DNA from: Sphyrna mokarran
Taxonomy: Eukaryota
NCBI GenBank assembly: GCA_024679065.1
Contig: JAGIQG010000006.1
Location: 97,030,001-97,094,000, forward strand
Length of the DNA stretch: 64,000 nucleotides
Direction of reading: 5' to 3'
Positions within the stretch are counted from its first letter, which is position 1. Each line of letters opens with the position of its first letter. Positions 56,064 through 64,000 of this stretch are shown piece after piece. The position numbers were made by a program, and so were the translations under genes. The notes below the pieces were generated by a model. That model worked only from the letters and a program-made list of their open reading frames with translations, had not been told where the DNA came from and did not search any database.

Positions 56064-58694
56064 CAGATTTGTGCACAGATATACAGATGCTGACATTCTA
56101 TCACTACTGCTCCTCCATGCTGTTATCCATCAGTCAGTCCAGACTGCTGCCATCGTTGCTGTCTCATCATGGGTCTTCAAGGCCAGAGCTGTTCAAAGGT
56201 ATGCTGCAAGTCCATGTGCAGTCACAGACTGAAACTCAGCAATCTTTCTTCAACCCTTCTGCAAGCACTGTAAGCAACATCAGTCTGGCAAAGGCATCCA
56301 CAAGCCAAACACTAAAGGGATTGCACAAGTCTTCTTGCAGGAATCATGGATGGAATATTAGATAGTTGGCACAGAATGATGGTCATATAATGCTTTTTTA
56401 AAAATTTCAGGGCTGATAAAGGGCTACAGTGATGGGCCCTGTAACATGGAGATGGGAAACCTGGAACAGACGCAGAATAAAAATATTGCAACTGCTGCCA
56501 GGAGAGCAAACATCCTCCAACATGTTCTGGGTGCATAAACACACAAATTTCATTATGAGTGATATCCATTGTGGTTTTCGCCCTGCACCAAAGAAAGTCA
56601 ATTCCCGGTTAGGGAAGTGATCAGAAACAGGATATCAACTTTTCCTTCCTCAGTTGACTCCCATAGACCAGTTGTTCTGCTATTGTGGAGCAAAGCTTTC
56701 CAGATCTCTCAACTTTGCTGCCTCGCAATACAATATCACATACTCGCTATTACAAATATTCTTTTGTTTTTGGCCATAGACGTCAGTAGCAAGGACAGGC
56801 CCAATCACTTGTTGCTCAGGAGTGGCCCCACCTCCTTTTCCTTGTCCCTCATGATGAAGATGCTGCCAAACAGGCACTGGACATCTAATTCCATGATATC
56901 GATCAGCATATATAAAAGGAACAATGCTTTAATGCCCAATTCAGAATGGTGCAAGACTTATAGGGAAATCTGGAGCTGATGGTGTTTCCATGACATGGCA
57001 ATACAGTTTGGTGGGAGACGTCCCTGGGGATTGAGGTATAATTTGAGTAAGCTTAATTATTTGCTCCAGTAAATCCAATAGCTACTGTGTCAATGGTGGA
57101 TTTGAATATGCTGACAGGAATGCCAAGAGAACAATACAACTCTGGATGGTGTCAAGCTGAGTGTTGTTGCAGTTAGATCACCAGAAGATGGTGAATGTCA
57201 TATTTGAAACTTGGAACATGGTGAGTGAGTATCGGTAAATGCTGTTAGCTATAAATGTGGAATAGATGATGCTACTCTTGCCGCCTTCTAAGATCCCCAA
57301 TGTTCTGCCAGTATATTTTACGCCTGTGATATTAAAAGATTTGCACAATACCCTTGATACAACCAAAAATGTCATTTCATGATGACTGTAGTACTAAAGC
57401 GCATTGACCACAACATAGCAAATTGTCCAGGTGTGCTGTTTTAAAGAAAAAGAATAAAATTAGTAAGCCAGTTACTGCCATTTTCAGCCTGCACCCAATA
57501 ATCAGTGAAATGATGAAAGGAGTTATGATGGAATCAAATACCTATTCCCCTATAATCTGGAAGAATCCAGCAGTTAAATACAAGATTTGAGAATCATCAT
57601 TACCTGGTTAGCTATCACAATTCTTGACTGGGCAAAAAGTGACACAAGGATTTTGAATTGGCCATTTCTACTTATGCCATAATAACTAATTTGCAATAGA
57701 TAGATTGAAGACAAGATCAATTAGTTACTTCGAGGTTCAATCAACAGCTATATCCTACAGACCTTCCAGCTTAGAGCTAAACATCCAAAGCCACTCTATA
57801 CCTCACGTCACCTCACCCATCTGGTGCTGAGTACATTTTGCGTCCCTGCTTCCCTCATAACTTCCAAGAGATGTTCAACATAGAAGGGTACAGATTCATC
57901 AGCTTGGGCAAAAACAGCAGACTGTGATCAGAAAATTTAATTTAAAACCACAAGACTACATCTAAAATGAATGTTGAGAATTCCCAAGGACAATCCCAAC
58001 TATTCTTGTTTCCATGGGCTGATTCACCACACCACAGATAGATGAATTCTTACATTGATTGGTTGGTTCATAGATGAAAAGGTTGCTAGATGATTAGTAT
58101 CATAGCTGCATTGTTATTGACTGCTGTTTTTGGAGGAACCCATTACTTTTGTCTTAATTTAGACAAAGAGAAAAACTGTCATTGCCTGAGAAGAGCCAGA
58201 GAGAAAAAGATGCAAGAATGTGTTCCATAAATTTTTATATTTGTAAATAAAATAATTTGACTGTCCAGCATAGCAAGTATTATATCTTTCTCTATCGTGG
58301 GAATATAGGATTTGTAAGATGAGGAAAAAGTTCATCTTGTTTGCGTGCTACCATCATGGAGTTTAATGACACAAAGATGATGCTGAGAGTTGTTGACTAA
58401 TCACAAAAAAAAACTGAGCAAAAGCAGAAGCCATATGCCCCCCTCAAGCCTGCTCCATCGTTTAACTAAATCATGACAGGTTTGTATAACTACACTTTAG
58501 TTTATAGCCATATCTTTTAACCCAATTTAGTTCGGTCATGTCCATTTAATTGGCTTGAAGTTCAAGACTCTAGGTTCAGACATCAATCACTCCTTCCCCA
58601 AAAGAATGCCTTACAAGAAATCCATGCAGACACAGGGAGTAGGTGCAGATTCTATATAAGAGGACCCAAGGCCAGAACTAAACCTGGGTCTATG

Positions 58695-58992
58695 GCAATG
58701 TTAGCACTGCTACCTCACTGTGCCAGGGACCCGGTTTCAATCCTGGCCTTCAGTGACTGTGTGGAGTCTGCAAATTCTCCCAGTGTCTGCTTGGGTTTCC
58801 TCTGGGTGCTCTGGTTTCTTCCCACAGTGCAAAGATGTGCGTGTTTAATTGGCCATGCTAAATTACCCCTTAGCATCAGGGAATCTAGAAGAGTAACTTC
58901 ATGGGGTTAGGGGATAGGACCTGGGTGGGATTGTGGTCAGCAAAAGCTTTATGGATTGACTGGCTTCCTTCTGCACTGTAGGGATTCTATTA
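58695..58992 (+). mobile_element. HE1-like V-SINE, preceded by an inverted SINE fragment at ~58615-58695
   Basis: gttagcactgctacctcac...ggtttcttcccacagtgcaaagatgtgc...ctgcactgtagggattctat. Confidence 0.8.
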
Positions 58993-59729
58993 ATAATTAA
59001 TTCTGCTTTAATTACAATAGAGAAGAGATACCCACCAGCATTTCACAACCCTTATTATTTCTCACTTTCACCCATACTGATTCAACTAGTTGCTATTTCC
59101 TCACTACCGTTCTAATGCCTTTATTATATGGTCTACCCACCCCAATCATTTTCATTTTATTTGCCTTTTCCAAACATCAGGTACCTTGGAATATTTAGTT
59201 CCCAATCTTGGCAGCCATTCAACCATATCTCTAATTATCATTACATCCAATCCATTTCCCTACTTGCACCAGTAATTCATCTATCTTAAAACCGAGTCAT
59301 CCATTCAGTCATAATATTTTACAACTGCCCTCATTTGATCTTATTCAATGACACACTGCTAAACTTTGTCCCTTCTGGTCCCACGTCTTTTCTCAAATCA
59401 CTGCACTTTGTGTGGTTGGCAAAATAAAATGGGTGCATCCGATATCTACAGCTGCTGAGGGACATGAGTTTCCTAGCTATTCCCTAAGTGCACTAAAACA
59501 ACTTATTTTGGAACAGTCCTTTACATGTGTTCCTACTTCTATCCCAACCATTGTTATCAGAATTTAAAATAACTATCCATAAAAAAGGAGTGAACTTTTA
59601 GCTCAGCGGCACACCCTATGAGACAGAGGCTAAGTCCCTCTCCAAAGGATCCTGATTGGTAAAATATAGAGTGCTGGCACTGAATGCTGCATGATACCCA
59701 GTGAAAGTAAACATGCCTAATGAGTACAT

Positions 59730-59915
59730 ATCGATTCCAGCCTCGGGTCACTGTCTGGGGAAGTTTGCACATTCTCCCTGTGTCTGCATGGGTTTCCTCC
59801 ACAATCTGAAAAACAGGCTGAACAAGTGCCAGACTATGGTGACCAAAAGAATTTCACAGTAACTTCGTTGCAATGTTAATGTAAGCCTTACTTGTGACTA
59901 ATAAATAAACTTTTA
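59730..59915 (+). mobile_element. V-SINE, alternative-tail subfamily (deleted copy)
   Basis: tcgattcc..gggtcactgtc core followed by tttcacagtaacttc...gcc(t)tacttgtgactaataaataaacttt. Confidence 0.75.
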
Positions 59916-60239
59916 AATACGTGGATAAGAGCAGATTTTACATCCTTGGTTGTTTCGTCCTATCTTGACGAAGATACTCCCAGCGGATTTCATCTTTTGT
60001 ACTCTAGCCCAAAAGGTAATCTCACGGCTCACAACAGGTTCAAAAAGTAACTGGCAGTCAAGGCCCAAAGGTTAAAATAATCCCATCTGTCTGAAAATCC
60101 TGGAATTCCTAAGGGTTTAAAGAGTCCTATTTCCATATTTTCCCTAATGTCTTATAAAAGGACCAAACTAAAAAAAAGAGAATTGGGTATCACATATTCT
60201 TGGACATAATGTGTTAACACCTTAATTATCTGAATGTGC

Positions 60240-60800
60240 ATTGGGACAGTATTAGCATAAAAGGACAGTGAGGGAAGAATTTCTGAATGGACTCAACTTT
60301 CTTGATGAGTATGTTTCCAGCCCAATGCAGAAGGACGCATTGCTGGATCTGGGGACCGAGGTGCTCAAATGCCAGTAGGGGAACATTAAGGAATAATGAT
60401 CATCATTAAGATTCAAATTAACTGTGGAAAAAGACAAGCAGCAACCTAGAGTAAAAATATTTAATTGGCAGGGAGCCAGTTCCTGTGGAGAAGGATAAAT
60501 TGGATGCAGGTAATTGAAATCAAAGAGTGGCGCCCCAAACTAAAGAAACAACAAGGCTATTTTTAAAGAGATGGTTAGGGTGCAGTCTGAATATATTCAG
60601 AACAGTCACAGGTAGGGATAAACAAAGCTAGAACTTTTGGACGATGTAAGTAATAGAGGGCAAGATGAAACAGAAAAATGTACCTACATAGGAGGTTGAA
60701 AACAATATGTTCAAAAGAAAAATGAAATAAGAAATAAGAAAGGTAAACAAAGTATAAGAGATTGGCAGCTAAAAGTCTTCTATTGCAATATAAATAGTTT
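60240..60800 (+). mobile_element. CR1 LINE endonuclease/tether fragment (degenerate)
   Basis: gagtatgtttccagccca...ttgctggatctgg...aatgatcatc (QYV.P...LDL..SDH-like). Confidence 0.6.
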
Positions 60801-63800
60801 GGGGGAGGTGGGGCTGATTAAATAGGCCAGAGAGAGGACATAACTGAGGTGCAACTAAAGTTGCCTTTACACACATTATTACTATTGCACACCCTCAATG
60901 CCCTCCCTTTCCACTCACACCCTCCCTGCCCATTCATTCTGCATGCCTTCCCTCCCACACATGCCCTTCTTACTCATTTCCTCCCCCTCCCCACCCAATC
61001 CTTACCTCATCATTCAGGCACACACTCATTCCCTCATCTCACTTTGCCCTCTCCCCACCTTGATTTCTCCATCTTTCTCAGATGTTGGAGAGTTCAAATG
61101 CTGCCAGGGTCCGATTCCCAGCCTCCACCACTTCATCCCTTCACATTCTGACCCTAGTCTGGGGCAGCACTGACTCCTGCAGCAAAGGCAGCTCCAACTG
61201 GCAAGCCAGTGCATGATGATGATCTGCAAGCTGCAAGTGGGAGCAATAGCTACTGAGGATATGGCCTCTGCATTGCCAAATCACAGAATTGGAGCTAGAC
61301 CAGTGGACACGGTAGCACCAAACCAATAGCCATATTCTTCAGAATGATCCAGTTAATTTTCTGTGAAAGTGAGGAACTGCACTTTGAAGCTGCGCATGGC
61401 TCTCGGGCTGGCCACCCCTCCCTAACATGGATATACTGTAGAAGCTAGAAGCATTCACTTTAAGAGGAAATCAACAGACTATTTTATAGCTATTCCAAAC
61501 CGAGGATTTCATAGACAAAGTGGATAGAAACTCTTCACATTAAATACGTGACCTCCGGTTCTACCAAAGAGGATTAGTGTAGGGATTTGGAATATATGGA
61601 ATCCGCCCACACTTGCTCATCAGGCAATCAAGGTCTTCAAAAAGGAAACTGGAGAAGCAACAAAAGGTAAAAAAAAATGAATGTGGGTCTACAAGAATAG
61701 GATATGAGAAAGGAGCTAGCTAAACTGCTTTTGAAGACAGCTGGCACAAGCTCGATGGACTGAAGTACAGGAGACATTCTATGAATGCCAATCTTTTATT
61801 AGGATAACAAGTCACTTGTGCTGTAAATTAAGACGACAATTATAGTTTTAGTTCCTGGGTCAAGTTACACGTTAAACTGGCTGGGCAGTTTAGATCATTG
61901 GTGGACAGATTTCATAAATGTCATGTTCAACGCAATTCCACAGAAGAGTTCAGGTTCAAGGGTGAAGGAAAGAAAAAGGCAGACTCTTGTCCAGTTGGCA
62001 AACCAGAGCAAAAAGTCAACAATAGTCAGGATACGCTCAAGTTTCAAGAAGCCATTTTTAAAACATAAATCACTTTTACATTACAAGAAACACAGCAACA
62101 AACTTGCACAGTTAAGTAGCAGCATCGAGGTAATCCACTTTTGTGATGTTTAGTTGAGGGACAGGGAGAACTCGCCCCCTTGCAATTCCAAATAGTGCCG
62201 TGAAATTTTGGACATCTACCTGATGAGCCAAAAGATGGCATCTTTCAGAATAGCACTCTGGAATTATCCAATATGTTAGATTTCTAATTAAAATTGAATT
62301 TTATTAGCAGAGAAACAATCACTATTATGATTGGTCAGGTACATTCCAATTGTAAAGTTCAAAGCATATTGCTGAATCAGATCAAAGAAATGTCAAAGTT
62401 GGATCCTGTGAGGAAATGTCAATTATTGCCAGTAGAGTACAAGCTCTCTTGGTAACGTGTTCCAAACTTGTTAAGAGAATGAAGAAAAGTCACAAAAGAT
62501 GACCCCCATGGTTAGAATTGAATATTTGCACCATGAAAAAAGACAAAAAGATTACATTTCATTCCTAAATAATCAGTGATGCAGAGGAGTTACGTACTAT
62601 AACAGAGAACAGTCATCATACAAACCAATAATCCAGTTAACAGAACAATAAATCACTCCAGAATAGAGTATGCTGCGGCACACTCACACAATATAAATTT
62701 ATATACAAATCAAAATGGACATTTTCCTGTACAGAATTTCCTGTATGGAATCAAGAGGTCAAGTACCTTTTCTTTGTCAACGTATAGAACTGCTGGAATG
62801 CAAGAGCTAACATTCATGTCTGGACAAGTCTTGGGGAAAGTCATTAAGGTGCAAATGATCCTTCCTGTAAAAATGGCTGCATTTTTCTAAATAATTAAGA
62901 CTGGGTTCACAGTACTGTTGCAGCTTCTAACTTCAAATTTGAAATCTAAAAACAATGCAAAACAACAGATAGTATTTTCTTAAGATGGTTAGTAGATGAG
63001 TAACATCTACATCCCATTGCCTAACAGCCCAACCATCAAAAACTATTTATAGGACAATGGTAAGAGATGCTCTAAATCACATGACAGACTAGGATTTTAA
63101 TAAGGCACATTCTGATCAGACAGGCTGAAACATCTTTGCCGAAGTGGGAATACCCAGCCGAAGAACCTGTGTTCTTAAACCACATGTTGGCAAAGATTTG
63201 AGCTGGCCTTGAGCTCTCTAACTGAGAAACCATACCAGATCTCCATTATAATACCTTGATTGGATTTGCTATTAAGAACATAAAACAAGAGTGAATCTGT
63301 CCTTCTAAATGACCAGATTTCTTTCTTGTTCAGTGGATATAAAGGGTTACAGGACTATACCATTTCAAATCTTCATCCAGGGAAAAAATAACTCTTGTCC
63401 AGAGCGTAGTTGCATGTATGTGGCTATTGAACAATAAACATCCCTTAAACTTATAAAACCCTGTCACTTGCCTGTACCTAGCCAACTTCAGATTTTATAT
63501 CCTTTCTTCTCTTCAGCACCACCACTCCCCAAAGGTAAACTGTGTCGCTACAAACGGACTCATGTGAATCACCCATGCCCTACCCTAACTGGCCATCATA
63601 CCAGGCATGTGCTCATTGATATATGTCGGTTGAGTGGACAAGCAAGTGTGGTGCTGGTATAGCGTCAAAGATAGAAAGCTGAAACGAAAATATCTTCCTC
63701 AGTTTGACAGCTGCAGCCCCACAAAGTGCTCTTGCGACAAATGAAGGCTGGGAAAAAAAAGCTTTAACCAATCCAGGTCAATGCTGCAATACAGGAAACC

Positions 63801-64000
63801 TGAAAAAGAGTAGCTAATAGCACCATCCTGTGGTGCAACACCGGCACTCCTTCAAATTCCCTCACCAAATCTTTAATTTTGACCAAACAATAAACCACCT
63901 ATCCTAAAGATCTTAGTTGCAGTCCATGTGTTGCAGGTACACCATAAGTTGTTAGAAAGGGTGTTCCAGGGTTTTGACCCAGTGACAGTGAAGGAAATGG

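Overview
Eukaryotic, AT-rich, CpG-depleted vertebrate DNA. The repeat content (HE1-type V-SINEs, Deu-domain SINEs, CR1/L2/Rex1/Tx1 LINEs, Penelope-like relics) points to a shark or other elasmobranch. The only protein-coding gene I can support is SLC20A2 (PiT-2, type III Na+/phosphate cotransporter) on the minus strand. Its CDS runs 42702->11812 in 10 coding exons, all with GT-AG introns: 1980 nt, 659 aa. The main finding is that the penultimate coding exon (85 nt, HP2-side substrate-binding region) exists as two tandem, intact, strongly diverged copies, at 16180-16264 and 14067-14151. They have the same phase and length and fit mutually exclusive splicing of two PiT-2 isoforms, with candidate Rbfox/Nova and RNA-pairing elements nearby. 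Other observations: 5'UTR uORFs, a 3'UTR with a miR-9 site and three Pumilio sites, a tail-swapped SINE family, a Tx1 LINE inserted into a tRNA-derived SINE head, and local template-switch scars. Repeat names come from recognition, not from a database search, and repeat boundaries are approximate.
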